A stretch of 64,000 nucleotides of DNA from assembly GCA_030704615.1 (NCBI GenBank), contig CM060731.1, positions 92,876,001-92,940,000 of the forward strand, given 5' to 3'. Source of the DNA: Takakia lepidozioides. Taxonomy: Eukaryota; Plantae; Bryophyta. The notes under the pieces were generated by a model. It made no database searches and was not told the origin of the DNA. It saw nothing but the letters and a program-made list of their open reading frames with translations. Position numbers and translations under genes: made by a program. Within the stretch, counting starts at the first letter, position 1. The number at the start of each line of letters is the position of its first letter. This document shows, in pieces, positions 48,701 through 61,769 of this stretch.

Positions 48701-51700
48701 AACGCATAGAACAGGTTTGTTTGGAATTTCTTACAGTGAGATTTCTTCCTCTCTCATCTCACAATCCTCGGTCGCGACTCCACCGTTCATTGCAGAATGG
48801 GGAGTACAAGTTACAATTCTTTAATGGCCTGCAGCTAATGGAGGAGTTGGAAAGCCTGGAGGAGATGCTGAACGAGAGCATCCAGGAGAGTGTTGGTGCG
48901 CGGTCAGGCAAAGTCATTCCAAAGAAGAAACCCACATTTGAGGAAGAGGAAGATGATGTCAGGTACACCTTTCAGAGTTCCCTAAGTAGCCCGGATTTGG
49001 ATTTGATGCTTCTGTGCAACATTGGTGAGGATTATGTTGTTTATGTTGCCACAATGGTGTTACATTACTGCTCCTTGTTTCCCAGTTTTGGTAGGCCTTG
49101 AAACCTCCATAGCTGAGGCAGAGCTGTGGGAAGTTTAACCTTTGTTTGTTGATCTCAGAAAAAAGGACTCATTGTCATTGTCATGACTGAGCTTGGATAT
49201 CATGGGCCCAGACTACTAGAGTCCTTCGTCCCCTTCAGGAGGCATAAGTTGAATGAATCCATCACTCGGTGTCTCTTGTTCTATTTGCAGTGGTGATGAG
49301 TTCTACGATCGTGCAAGCAAGCCTCTCAAGAACAAAAACAAGAGGGAAAGTGTGCAGAAGGTTGAAACAGCTGAATCTCTTCTAGAAACGAGAGAAACAC
49401 TTGCAAAGGAAATGGAGGTGGTATCAGCCGAGTTGAAAGCTGAGGAAGACAGGACAAGTGACTTAGGAGGGCAGGGAGGGACAAAGGCAGAGTCTGTAGA
49501 TCCCTTGGATGCTTTCATGTCCAACGTTTCTTCAAAGATGGGTAGGTTTTTGTTTTGAAGCGTTTTGCCAAAAGCTATATTGATACCCTTATCCTCTTTT
49601 CTTTTTCTGTCACACTGCAAAATATTGGTTGTGTTGACTTGATATCCGATGGCTGAATTTATGGTGGTGGGCATTAAATGGAGCTGGGTTTACAGTGAAG
49701 GATCGAGCAATGCGCCTCTCAAAGGAACTTGAGAGTCTCCGGGGGGAAGCCGACAGGGTTGCGCGATTGTTAAAGATCGCAGATCCAACAGGAGAAGCTG
49801 CACAGAAATGGGAGTCCAAAGTCCAGGTGTATAGCCAATCACAGGCCACACACAACAACAGCCAGTGGCATGCCAGGAATGAGAGTGCTAGAGAGCTTGC
49901 ATCCCCTAACATGGACCAAAACAAAGGTCCTACCCATAGTCAACCAAAAGTTGAAGATGCCACAGAGAAAGTTGCAGTGATAGAACCACTGATTGTGCAT
50001 AGTGCTTTGAAACATACTACAGTTGACAAAAGTGAGGAGTTGTCTCACCTTCTAGAGCCACCTCTCCTTGGAGCACCTCGACCAAAGGCTGTGCCAGAAA
50101 ATGCAGGGGAGGCAGTTCTGAGTAGAGGGTTGGAAGTGAGTGGAAGTGAGTTTGTAGGCTACAAGGATAGGAAGAAATTGAAGGTTGCAGGAGAACCGGC
50201 AGGAGAGTTGTTTCCGGCAGTAACTGCTGGTTTTCGACAAAACCCAGGTTCTGACGAGGACTCGAGCATCCGGCTAGAGTCCAGTGGCAAAAGAGATGGG
50301 AATGGAGCTGAAACAGCGGCCATAGAGGCAGTTTCCCTTTTGCTTAGGATGTCTGCTGCAGGTGACCGTGCGGGGGAAGAGTTCCTGGAGAGTGGCATTC
50401 CAGCAGAGGTTTCAGCACTGACAGTAAATGATAAAGTTGGGGAGAAGAAGCGGAAGTATGGTCCAGAGAGGCCACTTTTACCAGAAAATGAGGAGACTGA
50501 CTTTGAAGCCTGGCTACCCCCTCTAGGTAGGTCTCCCTTCTTTCTCTGGTCTTTCCAAACTCTCACTCTTTGTCTTAAACCCTTCGCGCATAGCGTTTCC
50601 AATTTCTTTTCTGCCCTTGAGGAGATGGCCCCGAACGATAGCCCCAATTTTGTGCTCGACGTCAGTTTCCCAGGTCTCTTCCTTCAACTCGAAGCCACAG
50701 AAGCTCCACCCAATCTCCTCCTCGAATTGCACGGTAGAGAGCTGATGGACAGAGTCAGCTGCATCTTTGAATGACCTCCCCAAGCTCATTATGATTGCCC
50801 ATTCGCCAGCCCATCCAAGGCAAAAATCCCTCTCCAAGTCTACCCTAAGCTTGGGGTTGACGCCCTTGCTGAAGTCATGGGATGTTGGTACTTGTCCGAA
50901 AAGGATGAGTATGGTCGCATAGGAAAAGGGTCGGGAAACCTCAAGCTTGTATGATGCAATTTTACAAATTAGAGGGCGTGGCATGCGCACCTTGTGCACC
51001 CACAAGTAAAGCAAATTATTTTAGCATTCAAATAGCACATCTAGGTGGGTGGTAGAATATGTCTCAAGGTAGCAGCTGGCTGCAGGGATAATGAATGTAG
51101 AGATTACTGTATCCAATTGAATATCAGGTCGTACAATTTCAATGTCGAGTTCATGTAGATCTCTCTTTTGGAGGTTGTTCAGATACTCAAAAATTGCATT
51201 GTAGTTCTGCCACACACAAAAGATATTAGTCAACGCAGATTGGGGTTAAATGATTTGGTGCTGGAAGTAATGAGGTGTTTGACTACATTAGTCCTTGCTC
51301 AAACTATAACGTGATTGTCTTGTGAGTAAATAGAAAGTTCAGCCATAGTTTCCATGTCTTGGTGGGTACGAACCCCGTCGTCTGAAAGGTTGATATCCTG
51401 GAGGTGGAGTCCTTGAGGGTCTGTCATGGCCAATGTTTGCATGGACCAGTCAATGATCCACCATGGATTCCAAACTGGCCATATTTTGCGGCGAGATCCA
51501 AGCAAATCAGACAGTTCAAGTAAGCTTTTCGATGCACGGCTGCAGGCGAAAACACACAGAAAATGTGTGTCCATATATGTGTGGATGCACAGCTCATACT
51601 TGGTTTCTGTGGATGGAAGAAGCCATGGTACCTGGTATTTGAAACTTGGGTCACTGACAATACATGTGTCTGGTGTTGCAGGGCAAACAGGAGATGGAAG

Positions 51701-51731
51701 AACATCACTAAATGAAAAGTTTGGTTATTGA
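42788..51731 (+). CDS. SLC4A1AP: Kanadaptin (SLC4A1AP)-like FHA-domain protein, about 13 exons
   Basis: Exons approx. 42788-43268 (MGPPPP; start and donor uncertain), 44102-44366, 44834-44919 (FGR..EHPTVSRYHA), 45343-45422 (DLGSTHG), 45745-45800, 45953-46002, 47704-47868 (SWGM.EDA), 48278-48373, 48601-48714, 48835-48962, 49291-49541 (DEFYDR, DPLDAFM), 49696-50526, 51682-51731 (GQTGDGRTSLNEKFGY*). Confidence 0.92.
46090..47480 (+). mobile_element. 5'-truncated LINE (RT domain and 3' end) in a kanadaptin intron
   Basis: QGVAKGCTLSSLLFNVFI, YTYLRVEF..WDAHI, PTLEYPSAVW; same family as 21960-22555. Confidence 0.8.
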
Positions 51732-52714
51732 GTGAGGTGCTGAGACCCAATCTTGTGAGACAGATACTCATGGACCAAAGCTTAGGTGGAGGAGGAAAGC
51801 AAGCACTTTTATTCACATCACAAGTAATGCTGAGGATGGAAAAATTGTCAGAAACCCATCTTGGGGGGGGGGTGGCTGGCACATGGCTCCCATATCTGCT
51901 GTGGAAACTGGAGGTGTATTTGATTGCTGCAATACACCTGCAAGCACATTTGAACAATCAAATCTTACAGCTGGGAACGTTTCAATGTGAACCCTTTTGA
52001 TATTTGTCACATCATGCAATCTGACTTATGCCTTGTGGCCACAGTTACACCTGTTTTAGGAGGTATCCCCAGTCAGTGGATAGGATTTGGTACCACTACG
52101 ACTAGGCTTTGGATAGAGGCACAGTTACCAGTCCAGTGAGACAATGCCCCCACTCTCAGGTGGGTGGTGCATGCAATGTAACTTCCAACATAGGCTTCAG
52201 CAGTTTTGGACCCTTCACCACTATTGTAGGGAACTTTCCTACCAGAGTACTATGTAACCCACAAAATTAACCTTTTTCTGTTTCAGCATGGGGATGGGAC
52301 CCAGCTACAGAATACAACAAGCCTCAAAACGTCTATTGGCTCTCTTGCTTTGCTTTGGCACAACATAAGAGGAAGGTAAGACTAGGGAGCATGACTCAGC
52401 ACAACACACCAATCAGCGCCTTGACATGGTGTAAGGTACTTTGATCACATTTTCTCCATTGACTTGCATGTCTCCACAAAGTCTCTCTCTACAAGAGAGC
52501 CAATAAAGGCTATGCTCTGTCCTAAAGAACTAGGGCTGATTTCTCTTTGTTTGTATTTGCATATTATACAGCGTAGCAGCCAGCCACACAAGTACCAGTG
52601 CATTACACACCTGCGTAGTGCACACCTGTGATATTTCTTTGTCTTTACCTCCAAGATCTTTTCTTACAGGCAGCTACTAGCTGGGAGAAAGCATAAAGGA
52701 AGGATGAAAAGATA

Positions 52715-52882
52715 AGGAAATCATCCCATTTCTTTACGCAGGGTAATGCCCCTCGTATGGGGCATTCCCGGATTTTCGGGCCTTCCCCTCGGGATACCGC
52801 CCTCGGCGTCAAGCCCTATCCGGGAATGCCCTCCACTCATGGCATTACCCTGTACAAAGAACTTGGCCTGGGGATAGATTCC
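52715..52882. repeat. Imperfect hairpin (~165 bp)
   Basis: CAGGGTAATGCC/GGCATTACCCTG and GGGCATTCCCGGAT/ATCCGGGAATGCCC nested inverted arms. Confidence 0.75.
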
Positions 52883-53898
52883 AATATGCCGGGGTAGATT
52901 CCCAAGTTATTCTGTGGCCCTTGGATAAAGATGACGTGGCTTCGGGTTTTGGGTCTAGGGTATGTGAGGAATCTTTTGAGCCTACGATAGATACCTAGAA
53001 ATATTCCTTATCCTAGGCCCGGCCCTAGGGTCCCTGGGCTACTTGCTTGCATATATGGTCCATATAGTAATAGGCCTCAAAAGGCGTGGGCTCTCTTGAG
53101 GAAGGTGAGAGTAAGGGGCACGACCCAACGCAACACACGGAGTCTTGACACGGTGTAAGGTCTTTTGACCACCTTTCTCCGTTAATTTGAACGTTAAAGG
53201 CAGATGTGGCGTATTCTGCCACTTTTGAGACTAATTCTCAGGCCGAATCGGCCACCCAGGGTCTACTGCCGATTCGGCAGGCAGAATCGGCAGGGATGGC
53301 CGATTATGCACGGAGGACGGCAAAGCAACCACCAGGCCCATGTCATCAGCCAGTAGCCATCATCCTGCCCGCCTTCCCTTTGTGGCTCGCCCCGTTTATA
53401 TCGTCTCAGGGGCTCTGAATCTGGGCAATCGATATGGGATAACTAACCCCCAATCGTATTGCACCAGGTGGCGGCGAGAATACACCACACCTGCTTTTAA
53501 GGCCAGTGAACGGGCCGTGTTTGGCCAACTCTGCCTTGTGTGCGGCCCGTTCTCTAGTATATGATGCCTAGTCTCTTTCCACAATAGAGCCAATAAATAC
53601 GTAGAGTATTTTGAATTTATTTTTGGTACTCGCTAAAACAGCTGCCCAGTCAAGATGAAGCAAGATAGGGGTTTTCGTGAAGGTGCGAACTTTGATGGAG
53701 AAGAACTCGGAGAGAGTTGACCTTTTTCTGCCCTGGATGTTGAGATAACTACCGACACGGTTGCCGAGGTCATGAATGAACTTCAGGTATGCCTACAGTC
53801 TAAAGCTATGTATAGTTGTTGCCAGTTCTAAGAGAGAGAAGCCTCTGTTGAGTAGTAATTGTTCGCATTATGCATCTGTATATAGGCGTTTTCATGGT

Positions 53899-55350
53899 TC
53901 ATAAGGCTGCCCTACTTACATTCCTTGGGGCATTGTTGAGTGTAAAACCATCTAGGTCATGCCACGGATAGCTTGACTTTACACAAGCAGTTTGGTTGTG
54001 ATGGTTTGGGTGTAGACAGTTAGTGGTAGTGGGCGTGTATGAGGCTGAAGCTTGGGTCCATATCTCATTCTTGATGTCATCAGGTAAAGCTAATAAGTGG
54101 CCAAGCCTATGTTTGAGGCAGTCAATAGGTGGGTTTAGTATATGATTGAAGATAGCTTTGTGAGCTTTTTTGGGATGGTCATGTAATAGCTTGATGAAGG
54201 AGGCAACAATCTTTTTGTGATTGTCCGTAGCTTTTTGTTTGGTGATCATGTAGGCTGTTTTTTTTTTTAATTCTCTGCCCAGTTTGGATAGGGCAACAAT
54301 CCAGGCGGGGAGAGTGGTAGGGTCGTCAGGATAGGACATGAGGGCACGACAGGCAGAGAGGGTGTTTAGGCTGGGATGCGTGGTCAGATCTCCAGTTATT
54401 GTAAAGTGATGGTAACGACGAGTTGGGAACGATAGTGAGGGCCCGTCGGACGGTGTGATAAATATTGAGATAGGAGTTCCAAGCACATTTTTGTGATCTA
54501 GTAAGGTAATCACCGTTTTGTTTGGAGCGGGTGGTTTGAGGAATGTCAGGTGGGGCAGAACATGTGGCAGTGACACTATTTGTCATTTCTTGTATTAAGG
54601 ATGATAGTGTGCACTCTGCATCATACCAAGTGGTCTCATGAGAGTGTAATAAGTTAGTACGAGAAAGGATGTGCGAGAGTTGAAGCGTGAGGATCGATGG
54701 AAGTGATTTTGGAATGCAACAATGTTGCGTTGTGGTAGCGGGGAGAGGATCCGGGGCAGGTTGGAGGGGTTTGGGGCTAGTGGGATCGGTCGAATGGGGA
54801 TGAAGGATGGGGGGAGGGAGATGCATACCAAGTAGTGGTCAGAATTACATAGATTGTCAGTGTGGATGTGGCTCATGAGTTACGTAGGGATTTGGTTGCT
54901 GGTCCGGAGGTAGAAACCGTCAATAAGGCTTAAAGATGAGTAGTGGAGCCCACCCTCTCGTGAGTAGTGGTGGTCGGCTGGGATGTAGGAGAATTGATGT
55001 TGTTGTATAAAGTTAGCCCAGTCGTGGTCGAGTGGGGTTGGGGATTTGTGTAGGCCATTGAATATGTGTCCTAGAAGGGCAATGTCACGGTTGAAGTCAC
55101 CAGCTAGTATGCAGTGAAAGTGTTGATGTTCGGGTTGGGAAACAGTATCAGAGATAGTGTGTAATATGTTTGGTATCAAGGCTAGGTCTTCAGTGTGCGA
55201 GGGCATATATAGATGGATTAAGGTAATGGGGTTGAGGGTGGGTAGGTGGATTTGGAGGATTTGTAAGTAAGAACGGAGGGGGGTAGGTACGGATATTTTA
55301 AGTGTGGTGCTGGGGGAGTGGTGTGTTCGAAGAATACTGAGTGCCACGCC
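53899..55350 (-). mobile_element. LINE ORF2 fragment with APE-type endonuclease
   Basis: LYMP, ILAGDFN, IDGF, SDHYLV motifs; frameshifted. Confidence 0.8.
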
Positions 55351-56035
55351 ACCACGAGAATGACTATATGGGGCAGAGCGACGTCGAAGGCATTGTGATG
55401 CAGTTAGGGAGGTGTCGTACGAGAGTAGTTTTGCAAAAGTTTGTTGATGTATGAGTGTCGATCAATTTTTCGGATCATAATTTAGAATAGCACATTTTAT
55501 GTACATTAGTATATATTTTATGAAGTTTAGTACGAAATCATAGTAAGAAATCATAAATAAAATGGAATTCTAGCAATTACAGAGCTAGAGGACCAGTTGA
55601 ATGACAGCTCCCTGATGTCGGGGTTAACAGACCATGTGGCACTAGACTGCATTGCGTAGGCGCCTCGCTTGTATTATCTACCTTTGAAGAGGGTTTGTAA
55701 GAAATGACAGAATGCGCTATCGGTGGTTGATGACGAAGGCTGCAACGACGTCCTTGAGACTCGAAAACGGATGGAGATCAAGGAAGAATGGTTATACATG
55801 CTGGTTGGGCCTGCACACAATGTACAGCCTCTCATAAGTGCACGGAAGTGGTGGGCGTTTGATTCCGTTATGGCGATGTCTGCCAGACTACCCTGTGGAT
55901 TATACCTTTGAAGTTTCTGACAAAGAGTCGGCAGTTACAGGAATGTAGCTTTTGGTTTGCGGACAGTACTCTAGAGGCTACATGGTATGGAGGTATGATC
56001 TAGAAATCAACGAATAGTCTTCAGCGCCAAGGATG

Positions 56036-56119
56036 TGTCGTGCGCATACACCTCGCTACACAACTACATCGCTGTCCAAACCACACAACATATACATACA
56101 CACAAATCAGTCTGCCACA
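56036..56119 (-). repeat. 84-bp LTR-like repeat, copy 1 (followed by a PBS-like TGGCGCTGAAG)
   Basis: TGTGG...CGACA; direct repeat of 56405-56488. Confidence 0.7.
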
Positions 56120-56404
56120 ATAGATGAATAAAAACTAGCCACCATCACTCATGCATTACGAGTCAAGCCAAACACACCCCAAAAACTATGGGTAATCTGC
56201 ACTACGCGCGCCATAGCCGACGCGGGAGGCTCAACTCGAGAGAGATGAGCGTCACCGTGCGTTCACCGTTAAGATAAGCCACGCCCAGGGGCCAACAAAT
56301 ATCTTGATCCCTGGGTTGACACTTGGATCAAGCCCAAGTGTCATATATAAAAACTAGTTATTTATTGGCTAGTTTCACACTACTAGTAAACTTTACTTGA
56401 CAGC

Positions 56405-56900
56405 TGTCGTGCGCATGCACCTCGTTACACAACTACATTGCTGTCCAAACCACACAACATATACACACACACAAATCAGTCTGCCACAATCGCCCCCCTA
56501 GCTGGTGGTTAGGTCCCTCTAACTCCAGATAGCTACAAGAGATAATAGCCACAACCTTATTAAGTCCTCTATCACTGTCCCTATTGTACTCAAACTCTAT
56601 AGACCAAGAGGTCGGATACAAGAGTAGCCTCATCGTTATTCGCCGTCTTGCAATCTGTGAACTTAAGCCAGAGATATCGTGTATTGGTCCCATAGTAGCT
56701 TGGCCTTGTGGTTCTTGTTAGTCTCCCAAGGTTATATCCATTGTCACTATTAAATGCAACGTGGACACAACCAATCCCCATCAGGAACCATATCGAGAGG
56801 TGGCGTCAAGCATCCCATGTGCCAACCTCTTGAGCATCGATCGCACACCAGCATGGTGACTGCCCCTCTGGCAGACCCACACAACATGCACCGCAAACCT
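56405..56900 (-). mobile_element. 3' end of an LTR retrotransposon: PHD finger, PPT and 84-bp LTR-like repeat
   Basis: C4HC3 CMLC..CDRC..WHMGCL..WLCPRC at 56750-56900; PPT AGGGGGGCGA just before TGTGGCAG at 56488. Confidence 0.65.
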
Positions 56901-57049
56901 GCAGGCCCGGTTATCAGCGTCACGTCCGTCACGTCAGGTTCGGGGAATATTCTGGTAAAAATAGTACCAGGTAAAATATTGCCACTTAAGCAGCCACGTC
57001 GCCGACACGGTGGCGGTGGCAAATACATTTTGAAAATTAATAAAATGAA

Positions 57050-58260
57050 CACGACCGCCAATTCGCTTTATTTTTTGAAATTAAAAAAGAAATAGCGACC
57101 GCCGTATTGGCGGTCGCTTCAATTTTTATTTTTTTTAAAGCAAGATTGGCGGTCGCACAAGCGATCGCCTTATTTTTCGAAATAGAAAAAGAAATAGCGA
57201 CCGCCATATTGGCGGTCGCTTCAAATGTTTTTTTTTTTAAAGCAAGATTGGCGGTCGCCTTATTTTTCGAATTAAAAAAACAAACAGCGACCGCTATGTT
57301 GGCGGTCGTTTCAATTTATTTAAAAAAAAAAACAAGATTGGCGGTCGTATTGGCGGTCGCCTAATTTAAAAAAGAAAACAAGCGACTGCCGTATTGGCGG
57401 TCGCACGGTGACAAATACATTTTTGAAAATTAACAAAATGAACGCGACCGCCAATTATGGCGGTCACTTTGTTTTTCGAAATTAAAAAAGAAATAGCGAC
57501 CGCCGTATTGGCGGTCGCTTCAATTTTTATTTTTTTTAAAAGCAAGATTTGCGGTCGCACTGGCGGTCGCTTTATTTTTCGAAATAGAAAAGGAAATAGT
57601 GACCGCCATATTGGCGGTCGCTCAAATTTGTTTAAAAAAAAGCAGGATTGGCGGTTGCACTGGCGGTCAATTTATTTTTCGAATTAAAAAAAGAAATAGC
57701 GACCGTTATCTTGGCGGTTGCTTCACTTTTTTTTTTTTTTAAAACAAGATTGGCGGTCGCCTAATTTAAAAAAGAACACAAGCGACTGCCGTATTGGCGG
57801 TCGCAAAATTTTGTAAATATGTACAGAACAAGCGACGGGCGGATAATTTCAAAAATATTAAAAAAAAAACAGCGACCGCCATTGTGCGGTCGCTTAATTT
57901 AAAAAATATATAGAAAAACAAACAACCGCCATAAAATATAAAGATTAAAAGCGACCGCCTTACTGGCGGTCGCGTTTTTTTAAAAATAATAAAAATAAAA
58001 GCGACCACCATATTGAAGGTAGCTTTATTTTAAATATATTAACAAATGAAGCGACCACCATACCGGCAGTCGCATTATATTTTGAAATAAAAAACAATAG
58101 CGACCGCCATACGGGCGGTCGCTTAAATTTAAAAATATACAAAATAGAAGTGACCGCAATATTGCACAAAATGAAAGGAAATAAAAGCGACCGCAGTAGT
58201 GGCGGTCACTTGTTTTTCATAAAAAATAAAAATAGCGACCGTAGTATTAGCGGTCGCTTA
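57050..58260. repeat. Array of GCGACCGCC-N4-5-GGCGGTCGC palindromes in AT-rich spacers (probable hAT subterminal region)
   Basis: More than 25 full or half motifs upstream of the hAT transposase. Confidence 0.85.
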
Positions 58261-58685
58261 ATTTCAAAATTACAACAAATATGGTTGTATAGTCTTTTTC
58301 GGATGGGCGCTATTGGTTCGTCATTTATTCATTTCACTTTCATTTCACTTTCATCCCTCTTGGATCATATATAAGGGAGGAGGGTCACCAAGCTCCTCAC
58401 TTCTTTTGGCGCAAACACTTGAGGTTGCTTTGGATGTTCTCTTCCATTGAACGAGAGTGTAGCCCAAGAGGAGGGTGCGCACCTTTTGTCGTTGTGGCTT
58501 CCACCAAAACCACTTCAGTAGATTGTGTATAACCTCAACACTACACCCACATCGACCCACTTGGGTTGCTGACATGTGTAGAAGTGTTGGGCTATCGTAT
58601 TGCACTCTACATTCACAACACGTTCATTTATAGGTGACTGTTTTTTGTTGCTTGCATCGCTAGGTCCCAGGGAAGTGGATATTGG

Positions 58686-60215
58686 GTGAAGATGAGGGAG
58701 GAATTGAGCCCTTGGTATACGGCAATCCCGAACACTGTCAGTGCCACTGGTAGTGTTGAGTGCAACCTATGTGGATTAAAGCTTTCTTATCGTAAGGATC
58801 GGTTGCTCGCTCACCTCGGCTATAAAGGTGTGAAGAGCGCTGGGGTGGGTTTATGCCCCAAAGCATCTATGCGGGTAAAAAGCCATTTTGCCCAGTGTGG
58901 AGGCAATATTTCAATGTCTTTGGATCTGGACATGACCTCTGAGCAGAACACTTCATCTTTCCGTCAAGATGCCCCGATTAGTACCCAGGGCGACTCTTGT
59001 GAGGCTTCGGGTGTCCTTGGACAAGTGGGTTGTGCCGGAGCAACACCTGCTTCAACACCTCTTTGTACCCCTACACTTCAACGGAGTAGAGGATTACGGC
59101 AGCAATCCATGCAAGAAGGTCTTAACTTGTCTGCGAAGAAACAGTTGGATAAAAAATGGGCGCAGTTTTTCTTTGAGGCCAACATACCATTTAATGTGGC
59201 AAGGCTTCCGGCATTTGTTTCTGCCGTTAGAACAACCTCGGAGTCTAGATCCACGTACGTGCCTCCGATTTATCACAATCTCCGCACAGGATTGCTAGAA
59301 GACGCCATGACCGAGTTTACCCAAAAAGTCAACGATAGGACGGGCGAGTGCATCAGAAAATATGAAAGCACTATATGTGCCGATGGTTGGAGTTCTGTCA
59401 CAAACAGACCGTTGTTCAATGTCATGCTCGTATGTCCAGCTGGGGAACAATTCTTGGGATCGGTGGACACTAGCGGCGAGAAGAAAGATGGACGTTATCA
59501 ATGTTAACTATTGACGGACTTCATTGAACAGATCGGAAGTGATAGAATCGTGCAAATATGCACAGACAATGCCGCTAACATGAGAAACACTGTAGACATG
59601 TTGTTGGCACGTTATCCCCATATGTACTATCAAGGTTGTGCTGCTCATATCCTTGACCTCCTTTTGGAAGATCGGGGAAAAGAACAGTGGGTGAAACAAC
59701 TTGTCAAGCGAGCGAAGACTGTTGTGTCGTTCATCCGCACACACCATATCCCTTTGGCAATATATAGGAGGCACGAACCCAAATACAGCCTCCGCAATCC
59801 AGGCGAAACTCGTTTTGCCACCAACTTCTTGATGGTGGATCGGTTGGTGACGGTGAAGAGCAGTCTCGAGCACACCATCATCGATCCTCAATGGGATGCG
59901 TACACACGGACATTGCGGGACTCCAGAAAAGCCAAGGCATTGGGCAAAAGTCGAAAAGTTCGAAATAACGATGATTTCTGGAAGAAATGTGAAAACTTTG
60001 TTTATATGGTAGAGCCGGTGTTAATCGTCTTGCGGGAGTTTGATGGAAAGCCACCAGTAATGGGCAAGGCATGGTTACTAATGCAAAATCTTGAGAAGCA
60101 CGTCCAATCCTTGAGGCATCCTCCCTTCTCCTTGGAACCTGAACTTGCGGACAGTGCTGAGGATGCATTTTACGTCCGTCGTTTGATGGTTCGAACGGAT
60201 TTGCATTATGCGTGT
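58686..60215 (+). pseudogene. hAT transposase (BED-type zinc finger and DUF659-type core), one stop, 3' truncated
   Basis: CNLC..RLLAHL..C; IPFNVA, CADGWS, CTDNAANM, CAAHILDL, ETRFAT. Confidence 0.9.
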
Positions 60216-60274
60216 GAGATATCGCTATCTATATCCGTTCCCCCAAACTTCAAACATAGAAAAATGGAAGCACG

Positions 60275-61225
60275 AAACAGTGTGCGGCACCGCACATTGT
60301 TTGTGCCCCTCTTCTTTGCTGGTTTCTGATGTCAAAACGTACCACTCCAGGAGTGTCTTTCAGGTATCGAACACACCTAATTTGAAGCACCAAATAGTGT
60401 GCGGCACCGCACACTGTTTGTGCCCCTCTTATTTGCTTGTTTTTTATGTGAAAATGTACCACTCCAGGAGTGTCTTTCAGGTATCAAATACACCTAACTC
60501 GAAGCACGACACTGTGCGTTTTTCTATTTTTTGATGTCAAAATGTACCACTGGAGGAGTGCCTTCCAGGTATGAAACACACCTAATTTGAAGCACCAAAC
60601 AGTGTGCGGCACCGCACACTATTTGTGCCCCCCCGATTTCCGGTGTATGTATTTGCACTGTAGCCCCTAGATCCTCTGTTTCATCCAGCGACCTCTTTCT
60701 ACAGGGCTTCAATAATATGGCAATACTAGCTTAATACAGTGTGCGGCACCGCACACTGTTTCCAGCCCATCATCATTGGTCTTTAAGTCTTTGAAATGAA
60801 GGCACTTAGCACATTATAGCAGGGCTACACTGACACTGAAATGTCAGCACTTCAATTGATGAAAAGAACCATAATGGAAGCACGAAACAGTGTGTGGCAC
60901 CGCACACTGTTTGGGGCCCCCTTGAAACAATCGTATTCGTTTGAAAGAAGGCCCCCAGCTCCTCTGTTTGAGTCGAGTCACCTCTCTTTATCCCCATTGA
61001 GTCATATAGAAATGCATGATGGAAACAGGGCTTGAACCATATTGAAATGCAAGCTTGGAATAGTGTGCGGCACCGCACTCTGTGTGAGCCCGTCATGAAT
61101 GTTCTTATTTCCCTTCAAATGTAGGCACTTAGTACTCTCTTCCAGTCTGTAAACTTAGTACACTCTTCCAGTCATTCACACTGAAATGTTTGCACGGAAC
61201 AGTGTGCGGCACCGCACACTGTTTG
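60275..61225. repeat. Seven spaced AACAGTGTGCGG-CA-CCGCACACTGTT palindromes
   Basis: Copies near 60277, 60394, 60598, 60736, 60886, 61060 and 61198. Confidence 0.9.
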
Positions 61226-61769
61226 TGCCACTTTTTTTTTTTTTTTTCGTCTCTTTCGTTTCTTTCGTACCCCTTCTGCATTTAGTTTAAGGCCCCCTCA
61301 TACAATCATTCTATGTTGTTGTTTGTGGGAGGTGACGTTAGATAGTGCCTTGGCTGATTTGTCTTTATTTGACAATGACATTACTTGTCTTGTCTATGTC
61401 TTGACAAGACATATCAGTTTTAGGAGACTAACAAAAATTGCACAAGTAACATTCACTTGTTGCTAACATGGTAAGCATATACTTAGAGCCGCCACCTTCA
61501 TGTTCTTCCTATCAACTGCTGAAAACCACCACAAATTTAAGTATAAACAGGTATGAGTCGGTGTTCATGCAAATAACTTGAAGGAGATTCAAAGCTTTTG
61601 CCGGATCCGGGTGTGATCTTTCAGAGTTCTTCAAAATGGCGGGGGCGGGTACTCGGCCCACTTCAGAACAGTCGGTTCCTTCCGTAACAGGGTTTTCCAA
61701 AAGTTGCCCCCGACGGTGAAGTGCATATATAACCGGGTTGATACCCACGGGGGCTCTGTCCTCAATTAA

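Noticed and set aside
50550-51600. ORFs in the last kanadaptin intron
   Set aside because: No convincing motifs; at most very degraded LINE remnants
56902-61740. CCCGGTTAT / ATAACCGGG as hAT TIR pair
   Set aside because: Only 9 bp match, terminal bases differ, and no 8-bp TSD is present
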